Assembly (NCBI GenBank): GCA_002633005.1
Contig: NMRA01000062.1
Location: forward strand, 273,022-337,021
DNA length: 64,000 bases
Direction of reading: 5' to 3'
From: Phoronis australis
Taxonomy: Eukaryota; Animalia; Phoronida
The position numbers and the translations under genes were made by a program. Shown piece by piece: positions 39,501-51,500 of this stretch; positions within the stretch are counted from its first letter, which is position 1; every line of letters starts with the position of its first letter. A model generated the notes under the pieces. The model saw only the letters and a program-made list of their open reading frames with translations. It did no database searches and was not told where the DNA came from.

Positions 39501-42500
39501 TCTTTGTTGCGTCTCAGTGCGCCTTTGTTACGTGGGCATGTGGGCGCGACTGTATGTGTCGGGCACTTCGCTAGCGACAGGCTTAGGAGAAGGGTGTTTC
39601 CTTCCTTTGCCTTCATGAAAATTGATCGTTACATTTGGCACCCAACGTAAATCGAACAAACCAGAACTTTTCTCTGACAACGTCTGTAAAATTATGACCG
39701 TGCTACGGCCTTGCATAGAAAGTTGAACTGTTTGCTGACTTTACAAGATTTATATCACGGCTCGGGTAAGAATTTTCTGGAAAGGACAATGTCTTAATTT
39801 GCTACTATCGTGGTCACAAGTACGTGGTGGTGTCTGGAACAGATCCAAATGCTTGCCAAGAATGGAACTTTCTGGAATATGTGTTTGACGACGCCCCATC
39901 CTGCAGGAAACTGAACTCAGTTGCATTTTGTGTCACTGAAAATGTTTTGTGTTACTGTTGTTTGACATAAGTTCACTTAATGTGCCTGGTATTGAGAGTT
40001 CTTTAATTTCTTAAGCTAGTGTATTTTCATGCTGTAGGTCAAGTTATCTCACATTATTGGGGTGATTCTAAGTTTGTTCATGTTCCTTATATTTCATCCT
40101 TTGTCATTTATTTGCTGTGTGACAAATGTGTGATTGTTGGTGACGTACCAGAGTGTGAGAATGGTGAGTTGTTGAATTTTCTGCCCGCTGAAATTCGCAA
40201 TGGCGTTAAGCATGCTTGGCGAGTTAACATATCCTTTTACATAGTCTTTGATTCTGACAAAATAGTTAACAAGTGTGTTAATTTTGAACGTAAGAACCAT
40301 TTCAAGGATTTAAAATTGAAAATTTCAAAAGCTACTGGTACTGATGAGTCATTTCTCCGTGAATGTGCCGGTTACACATAGTACAACGCCTGTATCTTGC
40401 CAGGTCCGTGAAAAGTGAGATAACACAGGGCAATTTGCACAGGGCTTGCATTTTGCCAGTTCTGTGAGATACTATGAGATGACACACAGCACACTGCACA
40501 AGTCTCGTCTTACCTGGTCCATATTACCCAGATGATGTAAGATAACAAAGGCAAGATGTCACTCACTGTTTCACCATCACTCACAAATAAAAACAACACT
40601 GAAATGATTGGATCAGTGGCTTAGACAGAGTAGTTTTCAGGGCAAAAGCTGATTTCCTTCACTGTTACAAGTCAGAAAATCTGGCTGCAACTTGCAAGAT
40701 GGAAAATGCTCTAGGTGAGGCAAGAATAGATGGAACATCATACCAGCATCCACTACGAGAGACCCTCTCATTTTCTTCTTAGAGACGACTTTTAACTTTG
40801 GACCTTGGCCGACTATTTTCGTTTCCGCCTCCGCTTTGGTATCGCTTTCTTGCAGGTGTTGAATGACAGTCTGAATAGAAACGTACATGTCAGAGTAAGT
40901 AATAACGAGACGAGTTCAGTTTGGCCAGTAGAGGGGTGGGACGGACACATATGGAGACTACCTACACCTTTCAAAAGATTAGGATTGCTCATCTCTGTGG
41001 CAGTCTACTGGTGTGTAAGCTGTTCCAGTTGGTGTGCAGGGACCGGCCACGGGGGCCAACCTTCCGATAGTCCACTAATGAGGTGGCAGCTGTTCACCAA
41101 AGTGTGCAAGTGTAGCCTACCTCACACAAGGTGAACGATTGCCCATCTGGTGAGGCTAACACCCCCACTCGCTGGTTGCATGGAGCAGTCCCAGTAGGTA
41201 CTCAAACTATGTTCCCTACATTTTCAGCGGATATGTAGACCGCTCACTAAATAATTACACTTTTCAAACATTTTATCCTTGTTTAGACTTTAATCCTCTT
41301 TTACGTTAAAAATTTCTGATACCAAATCTGAACAGTGATTCCTTCTTCGATGAATTATCATCAATAACAACAAAAATTCAACATACGGTTTATTCCAGGT
41401 AAACTAAAAATTGGCGTAGCAATGAAAACAAAATAGCAGAAGAAAAGGCAACCAGGTATAGACTTACCAAAGCCTTTGTGGATACGGGTTGGGGCCCTCG
41501 ACACCTCTAGAAGCTTATGTTTTACAAAGTACGAGCTTCTGTCATAACTTTAAATAAAGGTGGGGTCACTGATACCTCCAGAGGCCCATATTTTACGAAG
41601 TAGTAACTTCATACCTTTGTGACTACAGGTGGCGCTGACGCCTCTAGTTTGTCAATGGCCCCTTGCAGCTCGTGTAGTGCACTCTTGAGGTGTCGTTTTT
41701 GACTCTCTTCAAGCTTATGCATGACACTGGGGGGAATGACATACTTTTCCAAGAAGTCGGACGGGAACTCTTTCTCTTCTACAGGCTCAGTAGATTTTTT
41801 TGAAGACCGTGAGGCTGAACGCGACTTGGGGCTAGTTTTGCCATCTACAGCAGAGAAACATAGAAAGTTGGTAAGCAATTAAAGAAAATAAACATCAAGC
41901 AAACTGAAAAGACGCAGACAAAATCTGGCTGCTGCTCCCCGTTTCCAACAAGTGCGGCCACTGTATTTGCCAAATGTGCAAAAACTGTTCCGATTTCATT
42001 TTATTTGTTGGCTAATCTCCCTAGAGACAAGATCTTCTGACTAGTAATTCAAACAGTTTTACAATTAACAAAAACCCGCTTGACATGTTTCGGTGTTTGT
42101 TAAAACACCATCCTCAGAAGAAAAAACAGTGGCCATCTTGGTAGCTAGGCCCTACAAGTAATGATACAAAAACAGTCAGTGACAGGGGAGTAACAACAGA
42201 CTAGACTAACAATGACAACCTGTGGTGTGTTAGTTGCCTATTGAGACTGGGCTTGCACCAATTGATATGTAGAGCCTCATGAATTTTCAGCTCCTTTCTT
42301 GCTTGGTCTATTACAGCAAAGTCATTGAAAGAGCATTGCTCATAACAAAGGTTGGAGTTCTGCAGATGAATACTTATAATTTTTATGTGAACTTCTGTCA
42401 GAATTTAGACGGTCCCTGGTCCAGGTTTTCAAATGGTGACCATTATTTTTTCTTCTGAGGATGGCGTTTAATAAATGCCGAAACACGTCAAGCTGGTTTA

Positions 42501-45500
42501 AATCCATCTTAATGGTTGTTTTTATCATAAAATGTTGCTACTTGCTATCGTGGGGAAATCTTCACAATTATAGTTATTTCAATAGACTAGCACAGTGTTA
42601 ATTGTGTGGAGGTTGTTACGATTGTCATGGAAGCTGATAGCATTGAAAATATGCACACGCGATAAGCACAGAAAAATTTTAGGACTACNACATGTTCATG
42701 TATCATAACAAAAGCCCGAAAAATATCAAAAAGCTGAATCTGAATTGATACATGTCAGTGGGGGTAATGAATGTGCCAAGACTTTCAACATCAACAGCTG
42801 ATAGTCAATGCCAATTAAAAAGCATGAAAATATAGTTACACAATAAACAGAAACACATACAGGTATGGCTGGTGCTATGACCTTAGAATATACTCTAAAA
42901 GGTCCTGAAATAACCCGAGAGAACATATCTCGAGTAATACTAATTCCTTCATCAGCGCATGGCAAATCAAAACAAATCACTGAATTTGACTATCAAGCTA
43001 ACATGAAAGAAATCCTATGTTGACACCCTCTGTTGGTTGAGACTGGGTAACTTGACCAGTTTGCGTACCTTGGAATCTGTTGCAATTACATCACCTCGGG
43101 CTGCAGATATTTTCTAGATAAAGAAGCCCATCATACACACACTAGGAGTTACAATATTATTTTTTGAATTTTGGTTTTGAAAGTTTTTAAACTAGATATT
43201 TCAATAGTTCGTCAAAAGTAAACAAGGTTAGGTTTTTGAAATTTTAAAACCGGACAAGAAACTTGACTTTTACGGCCTAAAACTTAATATGTACAATGTT
43301 GCCATATTATGCTTCTCATTAATTATGCTCAGTGTGCAACATAATTGGGCCAATTACAACAGCAGAAGGGATCAGTTGGGTTTTGAGGTAAACCAGTTCT
43401 TTGCATGAAAAGAAACATCTTCTCCCAAGTAGTTAGACCGTCCTTACCAGCAACTTTCTTCTTCACTCGACGTCGTCCTTGCTTCTCCTCATCCTGTTCA
43501 ATTGGCACCGTTAACCTCCCTGAAACACACGACTCGCGCTACTGAAACAGCTCAAAGGTCAGGTTTCTAAATAGCCTGGCCGAGCTTCTTACATCCTGCA
43601 TCACCATGCGTGGAGGACAAATTACAGTGTTCGTCTGGATCATTGGCTACGCTACAGTATTTTCACAGTATTTTTACAGATAATTCCAAAATTTAAAACA
43701 AAATTTGGCCATACTGTCTAATCTCAGTCTTATGTGTTTCAATTGGTTTAGTCAACCCAGTGCGTCATACATAAAATCAACCAAGACCAGATTTGCATAC
43801 AAACTTGTTTAGCGTAAGTGCAACCCATGAGTGGCAACTTTTCCCCTTATTTTGATCTTCCATATAATTTCTGTAGCTAGCATGACAAAATAATAAGAGT
43901 CTCCTAAGAGAAAACGATCAAGAGACTAAAATTTTACGAGCGATAGAAGATACCCTCATGGCTCACAAAAGTGTGAACCCACAAGTGACACCCCAAAAAG
44001 TAAATGTTTCTAGATGTGATATCTGAACTGGTAGCAATTTAATTAAATACAGCAGCTCCTTAATGAACAATAACCTCCAATCCGCAAATTTTAAAAAGTG
44101 GAAACTAACCAGTTGTCTGCTTCCCCATAGCTTTTTCGAGTATAGAGGAAGCAATAAAGACGATGGCAAGCGTGTAGAGCAGGCAATTTGCATACAAGAC
44201 TTGAACAGAATTCAATGCAACTGGTAAGACCATTAAAAACTTTTTTATTCAACAAAAATCATGTGGGTGTTGATTGTGGGTACACAATTGATTGTGTGTA
44301 CGCTGTTGCTAATGCATCTTTCGCTCATGTACTGCAAGACATCTCAATATTTCTTAAAACGTGCTGAATATCTGTAAAAATCCTGTAGAAGAATGGTCAA
44401 ACAGTCACGTACTCTATAACCAACCAGTACTTCTGCTATCTAGTATAAATTGACGTAAAATTAACAAATGCCAAGCAGAGTGCAGGACTGTGGATACGAC
44501 TCAGTGTCCAGACCAACAAATGTGTGCTGCAGTACCAGTGCGCAGGTTTGAATACGACACAGAGTCCAGACCTACACGACAATTGTGTACTTGAGTACCA
44601 GTGCGTAGGTCTCTGGATGCGACACAGTGTCCAGATCGACCAACATGTGTACTTGCGTACCAGAGTGCAGGTCTGAGGATACGACACAGTGTCTGGACCT
44701 AAATGTGTACTTGATTACTAGTGTGCAGGTCTGTGGACACGACATAGTGTCCAAACCTACATGACTTGTGAAGTCGAGTACCAGAGTGCAGGCCTGTGGA
44801 TTCGACAGACCTACATTGTGTACTCGAGTATCAGCGTGGAGGTCTGAGGACACCGCACAGTGTACACACCTATAAGCACATGAGAGTGAAGTGCTCTTTT
44901 AGCACAACCTTGCTCTCTGTTTAAGTACTTATTTAACGTGACAAGTTTACTAATATAAAGTGGCTTACTTCCGAATGCAATCTCACCTGAAAATGGGAGA
45001 TGTACACAGTCAGAATGAGTGTCAGAGATAACGAGATATTATCACAGGTGGTAGAAGGAATACAAAATCTTCCTGTGCAAAACAATAATTTGATCTCAAG
45101 ATGAGTACAATTTACCGCTGGCTATGCAGTTGAATCTCTCACCTTCACCCGATGAGTTTTAAGAAAGAGCTGCGTCAATCGAAACTCAAATTTCACCAGT
45201 ATGCAAATTTAAAAAAAAATCAAATTCTTCAATTTAATAACTAAGTTAAATTTCGTGCCAAACAACTATGATGGTCACTTGGTATGAATACAACCACAAC
45301 TGACTTTAAAAAGATTAACTTTAAGTCTACTGTCGTCAAACTTAGTCGTCTGGATTTTAAAGGAGTATCATTACTGTTTCAACTTAAGGATTAACTGACA
45401 TGTTTGTCGTTAACATTAAAATTGAATCACTCACCACCGCGAGTACCAAGAGTTTCTATATCTACAAAAAATGGTGTCGCGTTGAAGAACAATCAATTCC

Positions 45501-48500
45501 AAAACTTTTCAACTTAAGTGAAATCCATTCAAACTCTATTTTGTGACTTTAAAAATTAAGAGCAATTATGGTAAATATCTTTGTTAACATAAAGATAGAA
45601 CCACCCACCCTGATGATGGTCAGATGTTCGTAAATGTGCCCCTGAAATAGAGTAATGAAAGTCCCTGAGGAATTAAAGTAAAGAGACATGATCAAATTTT
45701 GTAAAAATCCAAAACTAAACGAAAAAGTATCATAAAATGTAAATTAGCTATGAGAGAGATGTTACACAGATTGTCATCAACTGGGCCATTCCAGATTACA
45801 CAGAGACACTCAAATCTCGCAGTATTTACCCTCTATGCCATAAACATCGGATTCCGTCATCATGCCATTGGAGTTGGCACGTCATTTGTTGTCGTCAGAT
45901 TCTTTACAAGTTTTTCTCCGTGGCATTACTCTGTTCATCCTTCCAATGCCAACAAAGTTTACTCTGTGCTGTGGGCTGCAACTCTTACGTGAAAAAGTTT
46001 GATAAACTGGACAATTACCCACGGATGCGTGATCTGAAATTCTTCGCCTTCCCGACATCAATGAGAGATGTGAAAATGGGGCTGATTTTCAAAACTACGT
46101 CACGCGCTTTCTTATCTTGAGGACAAAGGAGAGTTCCATAGCCGTGTAATCCGGGATGGCCGTATTCTAATAGTTACCATGTACCACTGTATATTAGATG
46201 AGACATTCCCAAAACATATTACATGAAATTAATTTATTATTATTAGTACTGTTGTTTTTATGATTACTATTATTATTACTATTACTATTACTGCTATGAA
46301 GTGAAAGAACAGTGCCTTACCAAAATCTACATTGGTCACTTTTAGTGTCTTGTAGTTTGTCTGGAACTTGAGCATCCGGACATCCACACCTAGAAGTACA
46401 GATGCAATATACAGGCTGGTGCATGCGAGCTACCACATGCTGACTAGTACAACTGACGAACAATACACTCACAACATGTCTTACCAGGAACCAGGCTCAA
46501 ATCTCTGCGTACTCGAAAATTGACCATAAAGGCAATTAAGGCATGGTTTGAATTTGTATTCTAATAATTGAGCATGATTGGTAAAGTTTGACTCAGTTGA
46601 GTTTTGAGTTAGAACCCAAGCCTTGTTCTACAACTTCACTGCCTACAAACATATACCACGTCTAGAGTACATGCACCGAGCCTGGACTCTGGACTATATC
46701 TTCACTATCTACAAACATTGCGCCTGGGCTCTGGTCTTTAACTTCACTAGCCTGCAAAATGGCTGTACACTTACTACATCAAGGTACGGTTTTCTGGTTT
46801 CAAAAGGAAACAACATTACCTAAAACTGATACGGACTATAACCACAACACTCAAAATATCAGATAAAAATGAAACCAAAACAACAAAACAAACGAAAGTG
46901 CTCTGATGGAGTGACACAATGCAAAAAAACTATTGTCATAGCATCAAATTGTGTCCCATTTCAACCGAAAACAATAGGCCGCAAAAGCTATTGACAAGTT
47001 AAATGCTGCGAGTTTTATGTCTAAGTCAGGCAAATGACAGGAAAGTTCTAGAACCCATGTTGTTCTTGAACCCCGAGATGACTACAGCACTGAAGCCTGA
47101 GAAATGTATCAGCATTGACATTAGTATTCAGCAAGTCTCCAATAACTCGAGAACAATAAGTTGCAGCCTGCAAAGGTTAAATTTTGGGTTTTGAAGAGAT
47201 ATATCTAGTAATACCAGGTTTAAGGCATTCTGGGGTTGGAGGGAGTAAGAAGTCCGCAGGACGGAGTACAAGTTTGCAGAGGGTTGTAAATCATGGGTAT
47301 TTTTCACACATACCAGGCCTTTTGAAATTGATAAACAAGGTCAATGAATGTATCTCTCTCTGAGCCATGTAGTAAGTCATACAGCTGGTCCCAAATGGGC
47401 TATGTACTAACTAAAACACAGTTTAACAAAGGGTTTATGACTCTGGTTGACAAGGTAATTCTTTTACTACCCCACGTGGATTATGAATAGCTGAGCCCAG
47501 AGTAATCCTACAAGAAATTAATCACGGATTAAAAAGAAGTCATCAGGAAATCTCGAATAACTTGAGAAAAGTATGTTATGTAGTGAGAAACGAATGACTC
47601 ACTCCAGATAATCCCTAACAAGATCTATCTACATACAATATGAATTCCAGAGGCATCTTGTCAAAAACACGCGAATAGAACATTCGAAAAAGTGGCCACC
47701 ACAGGGCCATCTTGAGTCCAACTTTGACTGAAACCAATAGGCCTCAACTATTGCTAAGTGACGTGTTGTGTGTAATTTCTTGTTGATCGGACAAGAAATA
47801 TAGCCTGTATGGTGCGAACAAAAAAAAAAGACAGCAAGCAAACTCACTTCGCAACAGTAACACATTTGGCGAATTTCTTTTCACCAAGTAAAGACATAAT
47901 GACCAAACTTATTTATCTTACATTCAGACAGTGCGTGGTGCAACAATACAAGATTGATCAGTAAACATGCCAACATGCACACTCTGAAGGGTTCAAAAAA
48001 CCAGACTCTAAAATTTGAGACACCAAAATTCAAGCCAAATAGAATTTTCTTGACTTGGGCATCATGGACAATTTTGGGTTCATCATGTTGTGGGGTTCAT
48101 CAGGTTTCGGAGTTCATCACGTTTGGGTTTCATTGTGGTTTGGGGGTCATTGTATTTTGGGTTCATCTTGTATTAGGATTTATGCCGTTTTGGTTTTTAT
48201 CATATTTTGGGGTTCATCATGTTTTGGGATATATTGTGTTTTGGGGGTCGTCATATTTTGGGTTCATCTTGTACTAGAGTTTACCGTTTTGGTTTTTATT
48301 GTATTTTGGTGTTCATTGAGTTTTGGATCAATTCATAGTGTTTTGGGGTTCATCGTATTTTGGGGTTCACCATAGGTTTTTAGTTATAACAGTCTGAAAA
48401 AAGACTACACAGTTCATGAAATCATCAAAAGTCACATTTTCGTGTGTCCCCCCATAGCGTGTAACATCAAAGTGAACGCTCATTTGTTGTTAATCGGAAT

Positions 48501-51500
48501 TCTTGAATTTGGGATGACCAAGCTCAGATCCACTGGGCATGTCCAGAATTCTCACTGAAATTTCTCAGCTCAGACACAGCAATGACACTGAACCATATCA
48601 ACCAACACGTGGCAAACACAACGGAGAATAAATAAAAAAGACAGAAACAATATCACCACAAAATCACCACAACAAGGCAGGCAAGCAAGGGAGAATTGTA
48701 TACAATCACCTTTATATCCGGCTGGCCACAGTAGACATGTCCTCTTCCCAGGATCGAGATGTAACTTTGTGAATCCTCGCTGGACTTAAACACAACTAAC
48801 TCAACAGGTGACATGTCTCGCCGCAGAGGACATAACATGACTTTTTTACAATTCTTTACCTCTGCACACTCGTTTCATTCCTTCAGAAATATGTCCAGTT
48901 GAAAACAATGTTCTACCTACACGTAACTACCTCTCCAAAAGGAGGCAGGTACTTAGCACTTAGTTGACCACGTGTATTGGAATAAAAGCAAGATCTCGCA
49001 ACACCTTGCAAAATAAAGGTAGTGTTTCACATGCACACTACGGAGAGTACTAGCCTATCCTTACAAAATGGCTACCTTAAGTGATGAGTCAGTAAGGCTG
49101 AAGTGTTGAATAATAGGACTAAATTCGTAAATTATGGGATGGAATTATTTACTTCCCTACCATAAGCCAATCTTTTTCACTGCAAGTGGAACCAAATATC
49201 TTGGGGTTTACGGAACACTGCTTAGACAGACAGACAGACAGACAGGCAGACTCACAGACAGACAGACAGACCAACAAACAGACAGACACTCAGACTCTCA
49301 GACAGACACTGACAGACAGACAGACAGACAGACAGACAGAGACAGACAGGCACTTAGGCAGACAGAGACAGATTTCTAACAGACATTCTTGTAAAAAAGA
49401 CCATGGGACTTGAGACACAGGAAAAATTGATCTTTGGGTCTGAAGAGCTAACGAAAGTCAATGAAATTAAATGTGAAAATGGAATGACTTCACCTAAACA
49501 TTTTCAATGGAAAAAATGCCATTCATTTAAAGCATATTACGGGCTCACAACAGCGAAAATTTCCTGTAATCTGGGACACTGAAATTCAAGCCGAAATTGA
49601 ACTTTTTTGATTCTAAAGATTGGAACCTAGGCTATTTTGACATTCATCATATCATCTGAAATTATATTAGACACTGTGCTTTGTATCAAAAGCTGTCTTA
49701 ATACTTGGTTTTGACATCGTTCAGTATAGCTATGGACACAATGCTTTTCAAGAGTCTCCAATTCTAAAATTTGGTACCAGCCCTGACTACGAGGAAAATA
49801 AATGTTTTCAGTGTCTCAATTTGGAGTATTTTTACCCTTAATCACTCCGAGGCAGGCCTGGTTTTGCTAACATATCTTCAGGAAACAGTTGCAATAAGGC
49901 ATGTTGAACCATCACAAAGTTGTTCGCGCATTCTTTGATGCTGCATACCATATATCTGACAGGATACACTCTAATAGCACATACATCGATGTCTAAGAAA
50001 AAATTGTGACACTGTACATATTAAAGAGGTCATAGTAAACGAGTAAAGGAAGTCGACATTAACAAGCACACAAGCACTGCAGCCTCATTGCATCATGAGC
50101 ATACTTNTGAAAATGGAATGACTTCACCTAAACATTTTCAATGGAAAAAATGCCATTCATTTAAAGCATATTACGGGCTCACAACAGCGAAAATTTTCTG
50201 TAATCTGGGACACTGAAATTCAAGCCGAAATTGAACTTTTTTGATTCTAAAGATTGGAACATAGGCTATTTTGACATTCATCATATCATCTGAAATTATA
50301 TTAGACGCTGTGCTTTGTATCAAAAGCTGTCTTAATACTTGGTTTTGACATCGTTCAGTATAGCTACGGACACAATGCTTTTCAAGAGTCTCCAATTCTA
50401 AAATTTGGTACCAGCCCTGACTACGAGGAAAATAAATGTTTTCAGTGTCTCAATTTGGAGTATTTTTACCCTTAATCACTCCGAGGCAGGCCTGGTTTTG
50501 CTAACATATCTTCAGGAAACAGTTGCAATAAGGCATGTTGAACCATCACAAAGTTGTTCGCGCATTCTTTGATGCTGCATACCATATATCTGACAGGATA
50601 CACTCTAATAGCACATACATCGATGTCTAAGAAAAAATTGTGACACTGTACATATTAAAGAGGTCATAGTAAACGAGTAAAGGAAGTCGACATTAACAAG
50701 CACACAAGCACTGCAGCCTCATTGCATCATGAGCATACTTCATTCCACCAAAACATCATTTATGTGCCATACTGAACCTAGTCTCTTAGTCAGTCCCCTG
50801 TGTCAAAGGTCAAAAGCAAAAGGTTGTAGTCTAGTAAGTCGCTAGTCCAACCAACAGATGTCTCTGGTCGTGGACCAACATGTAAGATATGAAAACCGCA
50901 ACAACATTTACAAACAACGCCATGGTAACGGCATGACATACCCTTTGACTTTTTGACCTTTTCTCGTTTCCTGCCGTGAATGTCATAGGGAGGGTGTTGA
51001 AAGACACGTTTAGGGGGTTCGAAGACACTGAAAATGTAACAAAGAAAATCAATAATCATCGACAATGACAACAGGAACTGACATGTTATAACGCTACTGC
51101 AGCAGACAGAAGGGTAGAGCTTAACATTTTACATTGAATTTGGTGTAGTCATGGTACAGGCACTTTGCTGAATGATGCACTCCATCTCCGAAGTGCAACT
51201 GACGTGATTACAGAACTTTAATGCAGACATTGTTTGCAGCTTAAGTCAGATCCCATTAGTAAATGAATGGGAGTCGCCCTCTTTTGGGCGCCGAACATAT
51301 ACCGCAAATCTGAAACATATGCATGAAGGAACTTGGCACAAGGAGGAAAGCACAGCAATTCAAATTATATGTAGGTACAGTGCAGACTAAATAAACAAAT
51401 TACAGACAAAAAACCGTTTCCTGTCATTATGGCTAATTAATATATAATTATGTTACCAGCAAAAATGACTGGTGTGTTGGCAAAATTCTAAATTCTAATA

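Larger units (their letters stand above)
42060..42552 (-). mobile_element. Penelope-like retroelement remnant with inverted pLTR
   Basis: Homologous to 22705-23050; ELKIHEALHINWCKPSLNRQL; hammerheads on both strands. Confidence 0.82.

Noticed and set aside
43069-43100. Candidate 32-nt exon ARGDVIATDSK
   Set aside because: Phase 1>0 breaks the frame with the next exon and no compensating exon was found.
48710-48721. Candidate 12-nt microexon AGYK
   Set aside because: It is frame-compatible, but acceptor and donor are weak, so it cannot be distinguished from chance.
49474-50740. 633-bp tandem duplication as a biological event
   Set aside because: The copies meet exactly at a single N and differ by only a few substitutions, typical of two overlapping haplotype contig ends.
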